Shown here piece after piece: positions 12,895 to 27,059 of a DNA stretch of 64,000 bases. Under the pieces are notes generated by a model. It was not told the origin of the DNA and made no database searches. It saw only the letters and a list, made by a program, of their open reading frames with translations. Origin of the DNA: the human T2T-CHM13v2.0 reference genome, Homo sapiens; NCBI RefSeq assembly GCF_009914755.1, contig NC_060925.1; one strand, given 5' to 3'. The translations under genes and the position numbers were made by a program. Every line of letters starts with the position of its first letter. The stretch's first letter is position 1.

Positions 12895-15099
12895 AGATGT
12901 AGGAGTTTGCCAGGTGGCACAGTAAGGGAAGGAAGAAGCCAGAGAGAACGGCATGTGCAAAGGCATGGAGGTGTGAATTAGCCAACCATGGGAAGCGGAG
13001 AAAATAAGAGATAAGGCCAGTGAGCCAAGAAAACTCCTACTCATCCAACAACACCCAGTTTGAGAAGTCTCCTCTATGCATACAGAATAAGTACCTCTGG
13101 GGTCTGCAGGGACCAAGTGAACTTGCTCAGCTGGTACCCACCCAAGACCCCCAGGAGTAGCGTACATCACCAGGTGAGGGTGGTTGGAGATGGGGAGCTC
13201 CGTTGCCTAGATGCGGGGCCAAGGCCAGTGAGCCCTTCTTATGCTCCTGCCCTGTCTGGGCTGCCCAAACCTCCGCCTGGCCCTGCACCCCACACCCTGG
13301 TGCCCCCTCCCCTCATGCATCAGCCATGTCTTCTCCACCTTAGCTGCCCTCCGTGACTGTGCTAATGGGTATGGACTGGCAGCGTGTTGTGATTTAATCA
13401 AGGCTGGAGACAGGATTCCCCCCGCTGCCACCGCTTGTACTGCCCGGGGCCCAGGATGCTCAGATTAATTTACAGGATGTCACAGACACTGTTCTGCCGT
13501 GCTTGTCATCTTCCCCAGCCAGGTGTAAGGTTTCCCAAGGTCCTGAACATGAAGCCTCAGCACCCGGGCTCAGAGGCTCCATGCTCCATCCCGTCCTCAT
13601 ATACCTCCCCAGCTTAGGGGTACAGGCTGCAAATGAGACACTCCAGCCACGAGGAGGGGCCTGGGGTGGAAGCTCCATTCAGATGTCTGAATCTGGGATG
13701 GGCTGTGTGGCACAGGAAGAGAGAGGCTAGCCTGGGATGCAAAGAAATGGGTTAGATTGTCAGCCCCAGTCTAGAGGACATTAAATCATCCTAAGCTCCC
13801 TATTTACCCCCGACCCTCACGCCAATTCCTTCCTCTTTTCATCTTCAACTTAACAAGTGTTGTCTGATCACAGCCTATGGGCCAAGGGCTGGGGATGCTA
13901 CAGGGAATAAGATACGGTTCCCGGCTGTAGATAGTCAGTGTTCTCTGGGCCTCAGTTTCTCATCTGCAGAACGGGGCACCAATCCCTCCCTGGATGGCTT
14001 CATGGAGCGACTGTGAGGATCCTGGAGGGTCGTTAATGTGGGCATAGTGGGAAAGCAGTTGGTGCAGAGAATAGATCACCCAACACAGAGTCAGGGTGCC
14101 TGGGTTCAAGTCCCGGTATAGCCACCGGCAAGCTGAGGGGCTGCAGGCAAATTACTGCTTCTCCCTGAGCCTGTCTTCTCGCTGCAAAGTGGGGAGAGCA
14201 GACATAACCTAAATAATATCTATTTGTCAAGCACTTACATGTGCCGGGCACTGTTCCAAGCTCTTCGGAAGACATGAGTTAATTTAAGCTCCACAACCTC
14301 CCGTTTCGTAGATGAAAGAAACTGAAACACAAGAGGTCACAGGCCCAAGGCCACACAGCCAGGCAGTCTGGCTCCAGTACCTGCTCTCCTAAGCCCCTTG
14401 CTCCGGCATCTCTCACCACCCATCCATGAGCACCTCGGCCCAATCAGGCATCTCTCCGCCTCCCCAGAGTTCACGCAAAACAAATGCCTCTATAATGCTC
14501 TCTCAGAGTCCACGGCAACCAGGTCTCATTTTATTTTTACCTTTCTTGGTATGTGTTTCTGTCTTTTGGTTTGGTTTTAAGCATCAGACAGGAAACTCTA
14601 TCAGGGCAATTGCTATGCCTCCCCCATCCGGTAGCTCCCTCAAACAGGGGCTGATCTCCCCATCATTCTGGGGGTTCCCCAGAGTGAGGACAGGAGGGGA
14701 GCTCTGGGTCTCATGGCAGTTTTTCCACCGGCCTGTTCTTAACCTCCCCAGTTCCCATCGGAGGCCCAGCCCTTCCTGGAGCCATCTGGTCTACCTCCTC
14801 AGGGGCACCACCTGCAGGATGATTCTCTCCAGCCGCCTTGGGGAAATGAATATGGTAATACCCTTTCCTAAATTACTGTCGTAGTTGGCTGAATGTGAGA
14901 AACCTAGAGCTGGGGGCATTGGCAGCTCAAGTGCTAAGAGTTAATTCAATTAGCCAGAGCACAGAAAGCTTGGGCCTGCTGTCTGCCTGCAGCACAGACC
15001 AGCAGGCTTCCGGGGCACTTTCCACACCTCTGAAATCTCAGCTCCCCTTCCACACCCCATGTGGCTTTCCCAGTCTTCCCTTATCCAAAACTAAGGCTT

Positions 15100-15304
15100 A
15101 GATTAGGACAAATACCTAATGCATGCAGGGTTTAAAACCTAGATGATGGGTCGATAGGTGAGCAAGCCACCGTGGCACGTGTATACCTATGTAACAAACC
15201 TGCACATTCTGCACATGTATGCCAGAACTTAAAGTAAAATACATAAAATAAAATAAAATAAAATAAAATAAAATAAAATAAAATAAAATAAAATAAAATA
15301 AAAT
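15100..15304 (+). mobile_element. 5'-truncated L1PA 3' end with (TAAAA)n tail
   Basis: gtatacctatgtaacaaacctgcacattctgcacatgtat..agaacttaaagta; 13-bp TSD aaaactaaggctt (15087-15099 / 15305-15317). Confidence 0.92.
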
Positions 15305-16822
15305 AAAACTAAGGCTTGGAAGCATGAGCAAGTCCAACTCCAACAGGCGACCTGACATGAAAGGGCCCTGACCCGAGGCCCCTCAGCACGTCGTGGCAGC
15401 CTCAGGCTTTGAACCCAGGACTTCCGGTTCAAAGTTCTGCTTTTGCATTTGCTGCTCCCCCTGCCTAGAATGCTCTCCCCTAGATCTTTGCCCAGCCCCC
15501 TCCTTCTCATCCTTCCCTAATCCCATCATCTAAAGCCCAGGCACACTCCCTCCAGGGCAGCACCCATCCCCCTCCCTGCCTTGCTTTCCAAGCGTGTTGT
15601 CTTCCACGGAGAGGGCCCTGTCTACCTGATCCCCACCTCCCCCCATGTTTAGGCTGCCAGCCCCATGAAGCCAGCGCCACGGCCGTCTGCCTCACATCAG
15701 TCTAGGTCACAGCTGTGTTGCCAGCACCTGGCATGTGGTTGTCTTCAGTAAATCTTTGTGGAATGAACAAATGGGGGTCCATGAAGACCCCATAGCCTGG
15801 AACTTGGGCCTCTTGTTCTGTGGCCATGGCAGGAGGGATGCCAGGGGGACCAGCACTGTGGGCCACACCCTTCCCAAAGCCTAGCTGTGGCTGCAGCCGC
15901 CTCTGATTAGGCCCCGATTCACAGAGAGGCCTTTTGGCCATCAGCTTCCATTAGTTGCATCAAATTTTAGCTGGGAAGCCTGGCTGTTGCCCAAGAAGGT
16001 GGTCTCCAGAGAGGCCTGGGCAGGAGTAAGCTTGGGTGAGACTCAGCATCCAGGGTCTCAGCAATGTGACAGTACAAGCTCTGCGGGAAGGCTGGGGTAG
16101 GGTGAGGGAAGGGCAGGGGAAGCTAGGGGCAGCGAGGAGTGTTCCCTGAGTGGTGCCTCTGACATCCATCACGGGGTCAGGAGCTCACTCAGCCTCCCCC
16201 TTCTTCACCCTTATTCTGGATCTGCCACCACCATTCCGTGTGACCCTGGGCCAGTCACTTGCCTTCTCCAGGGCTCACTTCCATGACTGCAAAGGGAGGG
16301 GATAAAACATTTTGGGGGCTCCCCCAGCTTAGGGATTCCGAGGTTCCATCTGGCTATGATTCCCACATTCCCTGGATGCTCGGGGGTCTCCACGATCTCC
16401 CTGCCTCTTTCCCCCAATCACCCTGTCTCCCTGTGGCTGGAGTTATCTTTCTAGCACAAATCACCCCATGTCCTGTCCCTCAGCCTCTGTCTCTGCTGCC
16501 TCATCTCTTGCCACTTGCCACCAAATGTAGCAGTTCCTTTAAAAACCAAACATACACATACCACGCAACGCAGCAGGGGCGCTCCTGGGCATTTATCCCA
16601 GAGATAGGAAAGCTGATGTCCGCACAAAACCTGTGCACACAGATTCGTAGCAGCTGTATTTGTTGGAATGGCCAAAAGTTGGAAACAACCAAAATGCCCT
16701 TCAGTGGGTACATGGTTAGGCACACCCTGGCTCATCCATCCCATGGAATAATACTCAGCATGAAAAGGAATCAACTATTGATACATGTAGCACCTGGATG
16801 AATCTCTAAAGAGTCATGCTGG

Positions 16823-17235
<413 letters not shown>

Positions 17236-17296
17236 TCAACAGATTAGAGACTGCCAGAGGTTAAGGATGGTTGTGGGAGGAAGGAGAGCGTGGTTA

Positions 17297-17749
<453 letters not shown>

Positions 17750-20700
17750 TCAACTGCCTGGCTTTGATATCAAACTAGAGCTATGTAAGATGTCACTATT
17801 GGGGAAAACTGGGTGAAGGGTACATGGAACCCCTCTGTACTATCTTTGCCAATCCCTGCGAATCCATAGTGATTTCTAAATAAAGATTTTTTTTAAGCAG
17901 GATTCAAAAGTCTATACAGCATGGCTCTAATGATGGGATGACGGTTGTGGGGAAGGTGGAGGCCGCTTTTCCATAATAACACCATGGTAGACTCACATGA
18001 TCCCTGAAAGGCTCTTTACAAGCATCAGCTCATCTTATTCAGACAATCCTCCCATGATGTTGAAAGGGATTCTTATTCCCATCTTACAAAAAAGGAAACT
18101 GAGTCTCAGGAAATTGGAGTCGCTGTCCCAGGGGCAGAAGAGAAATTTAAGCCCAAAGTGTCCTACTTTCAACCCCCCCCGCCCCCACCTGCCCCTCGCC
18201 TCTGCTTTAGTCTCATTTGCCATTGGGTGGTGGTGTTTATTTTCTTCTTTCTACTTCTCTGTATTTCCTCTAATAAGCATGCCTTCCTGTAATAATCAGA
18301 AGAAAAAATAAGCAAACACTAGAAAGTGTTCCTTGGTGGGTTGCCTGTTTCTTCTGGAGCCTGTGGCACCACAGTCTACGATTTCTGTCTCCTTGGCACT
18401 CTCCTGGCTGCCCAGGACGGCAGCCGCCTCCAGGGCCTTCTGCCACACGCACCCCCACTTGCCCACTGTAGACAGTGGGGTCTGCAGTCAAAGCCCCAGG
18501 GCTGCTCACACACACTAGGAGCCCTAGCACAAAACTCTTAACCTGGGAGCCTCAGATTCCTCATCTGCAAAATGGGAATTAGTAATACTTCCCGCTTGTC
18601 AAGGTTGTTGTGAAGATCCAATGGAATAAGATGGTAATATTCCACCGATATTTGCTGTGTGCCTACTGTGTGAGAGCATTTGATCATTTGCAAAACTGAA
18701 CGCTGCCTCAAATCCCTCCTGGACCGTGGTGAGGTAGGAATTGCTAAGTAAACATCACGGCTGTTATCGTTGTTCTTGTCCCTGCCTAGCTGGCGGCAGC
18801 CTTGTACATCCAGACGGGCAGTGGTTCCTTGGGAACCTCGCAGAACCGGGTGGAACCGAGCCTCCCTGGGAATGGCAGCCCCAGAGGAGAGTGGAACATG
18901 CCACAGCCCACAAGACCCCGAAAGACCCCGCTAGACCCCGCTTTGCCTGCTGGTTTTCTGCACCAAGAATCGATTTTCAAGGGTGTTTCCCAGAAGTGGT
19001 CTGGCCTCTCTGGTATCATCATTCATCCCACCCTGGCCGCCAGCCACTCCTCACCAAGCCCTCTCTGCCCTGACCGCCTCTTGTAATTGGGGCCCCCATC
19101 ACAAGTGAGAAGGGGGAGCAGCTGGGACAGGAAGCCGCTTCCTGAAAATACCCTGACCTCACCCATGAGGGTCTGGATGCCAGCACCCCCTGCCCGCCAT
19201 GTCCTGGCCTTCACCCCCTGAGGCCCTTGGCAAGGCTGGGCCAGGAATGCCACACTGGGGCCAGGGGAGCCTTTCCCAGGCTGGGGCTTAGAGAAGAAGG
19301 GTCTAGGCCAAGTGGTCAGAGCTGAGGGTGGGGTACTTCCTGCGTTCCAGGGGGAAACGAAACCACTGCCAGCTTCCCATGCTCATCCCAGCTTGCAGAT
19401 GTTCCAGAGAGTGTTCAGAGGAAGTGCAAGGATTAAGACAGGGAGTAGGGGACAGAACAGGAGAGGATCCACCCAGGGAAGGTGAGAGAAGAGCCCTGGA
19501 GAGGTCACAGGGATCAGTGGGAGGAGCCTGGGACAGAGGACACACAGGCTGCCGCTGCTGCTGACCTGCTGCATGACCCTGGGACAGTCACATCCCACTC
19601 TGGACCTCAGTCCATCTGCAATCCAAGGGGGCTAAACAAGACAGTTTATTTCAAGAATTCACTCAACACCTCCTGCTGCGGGCCCTGGGCTGGCCCCTGG
19701 GGGCAGAGAAGCAAAGGAGACAGGCCTCCTTCCTGCCCCCTGGAGCTAACTGTGGGTGGGAAGGCAGAGAACAAACGATTTCAATAAGGAATGTGAGATG
19801 GGAAGTGAAAGGGTGCCAGGGCAGACCGGGGTGCCAGGGGCTGGGAGGATGGGGCAGGGTCTTCCTGGGGGATCAGGAGGGCTTCCCTAAGGAAGGAAAG
19901 ACCTGGATACATAGGAATCCACTGGATGTCCCAGACTCAGGGAATAGCATGGCTGGGACTGGGAAGCTGGTATACGGGGAGGACCAAAAGGCCCAGGGGG
20001 GCTGGGCCATTGTCCCTGTTGGCCACGGTAAGGATTTTGATCCTCTAACAAGAAACCACGGAAGGGGAAGATGGAATAGAGGTGCTGCTGTGCCTGGGGC
20101 TGGGGCCTTCAGTCCCCTTCTCATTTGCAGAGGTGCCTCAGTGGAATCCCAAGGCCTCAAGGAACCCAGTTGGGAACCACTAGGGCGGCCAATTTCTAAG
20201 GACCCTTCTGGGCTCCATGAGGATTCTAGGCCATCCCCAAGCTGCACTTGGGCCCATGCTAGCACCCTCCAGCAAGGCTTTGACCAAGCCCCACCCCAAC
20301 CTGACCCAAGGGAGCAGCTCACCAGGGCCTCGTGCCCAAGAGGCTCATCACTGACCACCACCCCCCACCAAGTCTCAGGAAGTAAGGAGGGGAGAAGTGA
20401 GGTCATCTGGCCCCAAATAAAGGCTGGTTTCTGCAGATGTAAGGCCTTTCCTTCTTCCTTCCTCCTGTTCCGGCCCTTATCATGTCCAGGTCAGGCGCCA
20501 CCTCTTGAGGAAAGCTTCCCTGGACCCCTTAGGCAGAGTTGATCCCTCCCTCCCTTTGGCTCCACGCCACTGTAGCCACTGATGATCTCACCAGTGTGTG
20601 AGTTCCCAGAGACAGGGGTGGCATGGCTGCATCTGTGCATTCATTCATTCGTTCATTCAACAGGGGCTGGGAATGCTGTGATGAACAAGGTAGGCCAGCT

Positions 20701-21252
20701 CCCTGTGCTCAGGGTGCTCGCAGTCACCTGTGACCTAAAATAGTGCCATATTTATCTTTGTACCTCAGGGGCCCTCTCAGGGCCTGGCACCAAGGGCCCC
20801 CAGTGAGTCTGCTGAATAAGTGGATCAGAGAACAACAAGGGTGGACAGAAAGAGAGTTAGGGGAATGTGGAAGTGGGGAGGAAAAGCCCCAGTAGGGAAG
20901 GTTCTGTGGGCCTCACCTTCCCCAGGTCTCACCCACATCCTAGGTTGCCCCCAACCTAGGGCAACTTCTCACCCAACTCAAGGACCTTGCTTAGCAGCGC
21001 TACCGGACACCCTGATCCCCTCCCTAACCCCACTGAACTGTGGCCATATGCTTTCCAGTCCATGCTGGATTTTTCAAAAGGAAAACAAGGAACGGCAAAG
21101 AAAACCAGATCCCAAAGAAAGCACACAGGCATGGCCGCAGGTACAGATGCCTTCAGGCAAGTCTGCCTGGACAGCTGAAGGGATGTTGGCCAAGGCATTG
21201 TTTCAGCATGGCTGGGCGGGTGCTGCACCCAGAACACAACAGCATCCCTCAA

Positions 21253-22830
21253 ACCACCACCACCACCAACATCAGTAACAGTGTCAGCATCAACACCACC
21301 ACGACCACCACCAAAACCAGTAATAACATTAGTACAAACACCACCACCACCACCACCACCACCAGTAACAATGTCAACACCAATACCACCACCAACACCA
21401 AAACCAGTAACAATGTTAGCACCACCACCACCAAAACCGGTAATAACATTAGTACAAACACCACCACCAGCAACAATGTTGGCACCAATACCGATACCAC
21501 CACCATCAAAACTAGTAATAATGTTAGCACCAACATCACCAACACTGACACCACTTGTAACCATGTTAGCACCACCACCAACACCACCGTCAGCATAACA
21601 TTAATACCACCACCAACACCACCATCAGCATAACATTAATACCAACACCAACACCTCCAAAACCGATAATAATGTTAGCACCAACACCAACATTAACACT
21701 ACCAGTAATCGTGTTAGCACCAACACCACCAAAACCAAAACCAGTAATAACATTAGCACCAACACTACCACCAACACCACCAGTAATCATGTTAGCACCA
21801 CCAGCACCAACACCAAAACTAGTAATAACAGTAGCACCAACACCATCACCAACAAAAATACCACCTGTAATCATGTTAACACCACCACCACCAACAGCAA
21901 AACCAGTAATAATGTTGGCACCAACATCACCAACACTGACACCACTTGTAACCATGTTAGCACCAACACCAACACCACCATCAGCATAACATTAATACCA
22001 ACACCAACACCACCATCAGCATAACATTAATACCAACACCAACACCACCAAAGCTGATAATGTTGGCACCAACACCAACATTAACACTACCAGTAATCAT
22101 GTTAGTACCACCACCACCAAAACCAAAACTACTAATAATAGTAGCACCAACACCATCACCAACAAAAATACCACCTGTAATCATGTTAACACCACCAACA
22201 CCAACACCAAAACCAGTAATGATGTTAGCACCAACATCATCAACACTAACACCACCCGTAATCATGTTAGCACCACCTCCAACACTACCATTAGCAATAA
22301 CGTTAATAGCAACACCACCACCATCAACCCCATAACATTACCACCTCCAATAACAATAAAAAGAACACCCTCAACACCAACACCAATAACTTCAACATTA
22401 CCAGTAGTGACAATACCCCCAACACCAATAACAACATAACACCTACATCACCAGTAAAGCATTAACACTACTATCACCATCACCACCACCACTCCTAATA
22501 ACCTCAACACCTAATAACCTCAACACCAACACCAGTAACTTCAACATGATCAATACCAACAACACGATCCCTCTCTAACAACACTACCAGCAGCAACATT
22601 AACACCAACACTGTCAGTGTCAACGCCAGCATCAACAACCCCAACACCAATAGCAAAACATGACCAATACCAACACTACTACCAACTACATCAATACCCC
22701 AGCATCATCACCAATACCATATCACCGCCGTCAACAACAGCAGCAACAATTATTCCAACAACAGCCACTGCTACCTTAACCCACCTGTAACACCTTCTAC
22801 ATTAGTAGCAAACCCGGTAATACCATGATA
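21253..22830 (+). repeat. ~1.6-kb ACC/AAC-rich low-complexity tract with a ~390-bp higher-order repeat
   Basis: Recurrent ccagtaat(c/a)atgttagcaccaacacc units; ORF track shows near-identical peptides starting at 21281, 21672 and 22060. Confidence 0.9.
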
Positions 22831-25800
22831 TCAACAAAAACCCCCTTCCCGACACCCCACTGCCACCAGCACTCACTTCGTACCAGGAACTGTGCCATGC
22901 ACTCTACACACATGATTTCAATGAAGGCTCATCCCAACCCCATTCAGTGTCTCTCTTATTATCTCCAGCTACATAGGAAAATACAGAGGCTCATAAAGGT
23001 TAGCCACTGTGTATCAGGACAAGAATGCTGGACTCCTGACTCCTAGTCCAGTGCTCTTCCCACTGTATCTGTGTCTATCTCCATTGCCTGGACATCCTCC
23101 TCCAGCCTGCTCCTCTTGCTCTGTGAAGTTGGGCTGAAATTTTCTCCATGGCACACACAAGCTGTGACGCCTTGGGTGAGTCTCTCCATATGTCAGGGTC
23201 TTTCTACCCCCTCCTGCAAAACAAGACGGTACATTATTCTATCCTGAGCGGCAGGCAGACCCTGAGATCGCACATATAAGTCTTCAGGCAGGGCGCCCAG
23301 GGCACAGAAGGCATGGAGTAAGGGGCAGTTGTTATTGTTATCAGGATTGGCAAGAAAAAAAAAGAGTACTCTCATTCTGCCGACCAGGGCTGAAAGCCTG
23401 CATTCATTCATTCGATGTTGGTAGCAACAATCACAGCCATAACAGCTTGTGTTTATCGAGGACTCACTGTGTTGCCAGGCATGTCCAAAGCGCAGCACAT
23501 GAGAAAACTGAGGTTCAGAAATGTTAATGAATTAACCAAGCCGAGAAGTGGCAGAGGTGGGATTTGAACCCAGGCAGCCAGGCTCTGCCTGTGCTCTTAA
23601 TCGTTTGTCTACACCTCCTCCAGTAATATAATTAGCCTCTACTGAGCACCTACTATGTGCTGGTGCTTCTCAGGTATTATCTCTCATCTTCACAACAACC
23701 TTGCAGAGCAGATAATACTGACCCTGAAATGAACTTGAACTTGGAGTCCACCAGGCTCTCGCTGTGCCACGGGGCCCCCACCTCCCTGTCTCCTGGGCCA
23801 TGGCACTCTGGATACCCGGGGGAAACCCTGGCACCCTGGGGGCAATGTCCTCAGGTCCCCTCCCAGGGCAGGTCTATGTTAAAGGCTATTCAGGCACACA
23901 GAGGGTGGCTGATTCCAGGCAGGGCCCTCCTGGCTCCCAGAGCTCTTTGGGATCCAAATGCCACCCCCTAACTATCACAGCCCCAGGGGAGCCCAGGGGC
24001 CAGGCCGGTTGGTTTTTGGCATCCCCATGAGCAGCTGCCCGGGCAGAAGGGTTTCGTCTTTCCAGGCTGGATGGGAGAATCCTGCCTCCCTCCCGAGTTC
24101 TTGTTCCCAGGGAAAGACCTTGGCAAGATCCCTGATCCTTCCCTTCCCTGGGACGGATGGCTTCCAGCTGCCTGCCGCCCCCAGCCTGGGAAAATTCCTC
24201 TGTGCTCTGCGGGTCCCTGGATCTCTGAAACCTGAGTGGCGCCTCCATGGCCCCACGCAGGGCTCCCTTGGCCACCATTTTGCTTTAGCACCAAGCGCTT
24301 TTGTATTCCCAGCAAGACTCCAATTACAGCAATAACAGGAACGGGCGACTTTAACCTGGGACGGGCTTAAAACAAAGAAATTCTCAGTCACTTCTCCCCT
24401 ATGTGTGCCAGGCCCTGTGCTAGGCACCTTACAAATGGCAAGTGGGTGATCCCACATGCCTGTGAGTTTAGCATTTTACAAATAGGGAAACTGAGGCTGG
24501 GGCAGCTCTCCATCACTGATTAATGACAGAGCTGCGTAGTAACTCGGGCTGGTCAGAGGTCCACCACACTTTGTCTGTCCAACTCCCTCATTACAAAGGT
24601 GTGGAAACTGAGGCCCAGAGAAGGGAGGTACCTTCACAAGGGACACTGCCAGGAATACCGGGCTGGGTACAGCCCAAGAGGATTTGACTCTCAGGCTCGT
24701 TCTCAGTCTCCCCTCTGCCTTCCTTGGGAACGCATCCCTGACCTCCCCTATTGTTCTCTGCCTTGTTGTTCACCTCAACCCCTCCTCCCCTCCGAGAGCA
24801 GAGAGGTTTTCACGTGTACCGCTCCTGCTTGCGAACACACAGCCACCTGCAATCACTGTCAAAATTAGTCCACACGCATGCCCTGTCTCTAATCTAGCTC
24901 CCCGCGCCGATCTCATACCCTGTGAGTTTCCCAACATGCCCTGCCCTGCCGAGCCTCTGGGCTTTCACAGGTGCTGTTCCTGCAGCCTAGCTTGCCCTTC
25001 CCCTCACTGCCCGTGCCACCTCTGCACTGTAACTGCCTGCTGACTCTGTCTTGCTTTTGAAGTTCAAGCCCTAGCAGGGCCAGGGCTGGCTTCTCTCCTC
25101 TCTGGGGGACCCCAGGGCCTGCCACCCCTTCTGGAAGAGAAACCAGCATACTAGAGCAGTGGGAAAGCCCAGGCTTTCAGGGACCCCCACTCTTGTCACA
25201 GCCCTGTCACCCTGAAAATGTCAGCAATGCTCAGGGTCTGTGACTGTGACAGAGGTTCCCCAGTCCCCCTCCCCACCCCTATCACCCCCTTCACGAGGGA
25301 CTGGAAGGATCCTCGGTGCTGAGCTTAGGGAGAGTGAGAGCGACAGGTGCTGCCCCTGCCAGCGGGGCCTTTCCCACATGCAGCCGCCAGCTGGGAAGAT
25401 GGATGGGCCTTCCCGAGCCAGGGCCAAGGAACGGGGAGCTCATGTCGCCAGAGCTTCACATCCCTGGCTGGAAAGGGCCGTAAAACGTTCCGGGGCCAGA
25501 CACAGGATTTGGGCCATTCTTCAAGTCATGGGGGATCCATTGTTTTGTTTTCTTTTTAAGGAAGAAAAAAGAGAGCAAGAAGGAGGAGGAGGAAAGACCA
25601 TCTGCAGTGCTACCCCCAACCCCATATCCAGAGGCATGGCCGGGAGACACCAGCAGCTCCCAGAACGGACCCTGGTTCCATCTTTGACCTGCCCTGCCTC
25701 TAGCAAGCTCGGTTGACCTTGGGCCAGGGAGCTCTCTGGGCCTTAGTCACTCATCTGCCAGATGTATGGGATGATGCCCTCCCAGCTCTATTTTCTACAA

Positions 25801-26902
25801 ACCAGGATTTATCAGGAGCAGAGGCAGGATTCCAGAGGAGTTTCTGAAAAGCCTCATCCAAAGCAGAGAAATTAGGCAGAGTGGGGAGAGGGTGAGAACC
25901 ATTGAGAGGCTTCTCCCCTGAATCTGCGGACAACTTAGGCCCTTAACTAAATATTCAGGACTTCCCCTCTTGGGACTCGATTTTCCCTGCTGGGATATGA
26001 GTATGAAGGTTCCTTTGATTATGGAGAGGAGACTGAGTGCTTACAATGTGCCAGGCACACTGAAGCCCTGCGTTTAGCACAGCAGTGTCTATGCTGAGTA
26101 GAGGTGCTGACCTCCTTCCATACAGCAGGTGTGAAAGGGAGGCTAAGGCCTGCCCCGGGGTCATCCAGGAGTGAGCAGCAGGGATTTGCACCCAATATGC
26201 TCCCCTGCCTCCTCTGGCTGCCTGTGGGTGGCCTTCTCCGACCCAAAGAATGCAGAACCTAAGCAATGCTAAAGGCCCTGAGCCAAAGCCAGGAGCCCCT
26301 GGGGCAGCTCGTGAGGAGGGACCCTTAACCTGGGCCCAGCTTCCAGGGCTGGCCTTCCTGTGGCCACTGTGATGCCCACGCTCCAATGTGAAACCAGCAG
26401 CCGAGAGGCACAGACTCATCCCAGACCCTCCCCAATTCCCTCCCCAATCAGTTCTTGCCCTTCACCCCAGTCTGTGCTCCAGGCCATCTCTCCAACCCCT
26501 GCCTGGCCTTTTGCTCATTGCTTCAGAATTCAAGGAATCTGGGAGCATGTCCACCAGCCCCATTAGACTGTTATAGCTCCTTGAGGCCAGGACCTATCTT
26601 ACTGCTTCCTGGAGCTTCCAGAGTGCCCAGCAGAGGGCCCACCAATGGCTCATTCATTCAGCAATTATTTATTGAGAACCTACTATGTGCCAGATGTAGG
26701 CCCTACTATGTGCCTGTGTGTAGGCCCTGGAATACAACAGGGAACAAGAAGCCACACCCTCCCTCACGGAGCTTACCTTCTAGAGGGAGAGATGGGCAAA
26801 GATGAAGCCACTGGGGACAGTGCTGAGGGCAAGAAGTGGAGGAAGGATGATAGGGTGGGTGGAGGAGAGGGGCAGGCTCTCTAAGGAGGTGATACTTCTG
26901 TA

Positions 26903-27059
26903 TTTTTTTGAGAGACAGGGTCTCACTCTGTTGCCCAAGCTCAAGTGCAGTGACATGATCATAGCTCACTGCAGCCTTGAGCTCCTGGACTCAAGCGATC
27001 CTCCAGCCTCAGCCTCCCAAAGTGCTGGGATCACGGGCAACCACCACCATGCCCGGCCA
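26903..27059 (-). mobile_element. Alu monomer (FRAM/FLAM-like)
   Basis: ~155-bp single arm; TSD aggaggtgat. Confidence 0.8.

Noticed and set aside
19793-20542. 249-aa ORF
   Set aside because: GTG start, partly L2-like sequence, no recognisable domain; expected by chance in GC-rich DNA.
21253-22330. Repeat-spacer appearance suggestive of a CRISPR array
   Set aside because: The spacers are the same low-complexity ACC sequence, units vary in length, the context is eukaryotic and there are no cas genes.
20956-22335. Thr/Asn-, Pro- and Gly/Val-rich ORFs resembling mucins or extensins
   Set aside because: Open in several frames on both strands because the ACC repeat lacks stops; no signal peptide or splice context.
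26627-26640. CTCF-like CCAGCAGAGGGCCC
   Set aside because: Imperfect 3' end and explained by a decayed L2 segment.
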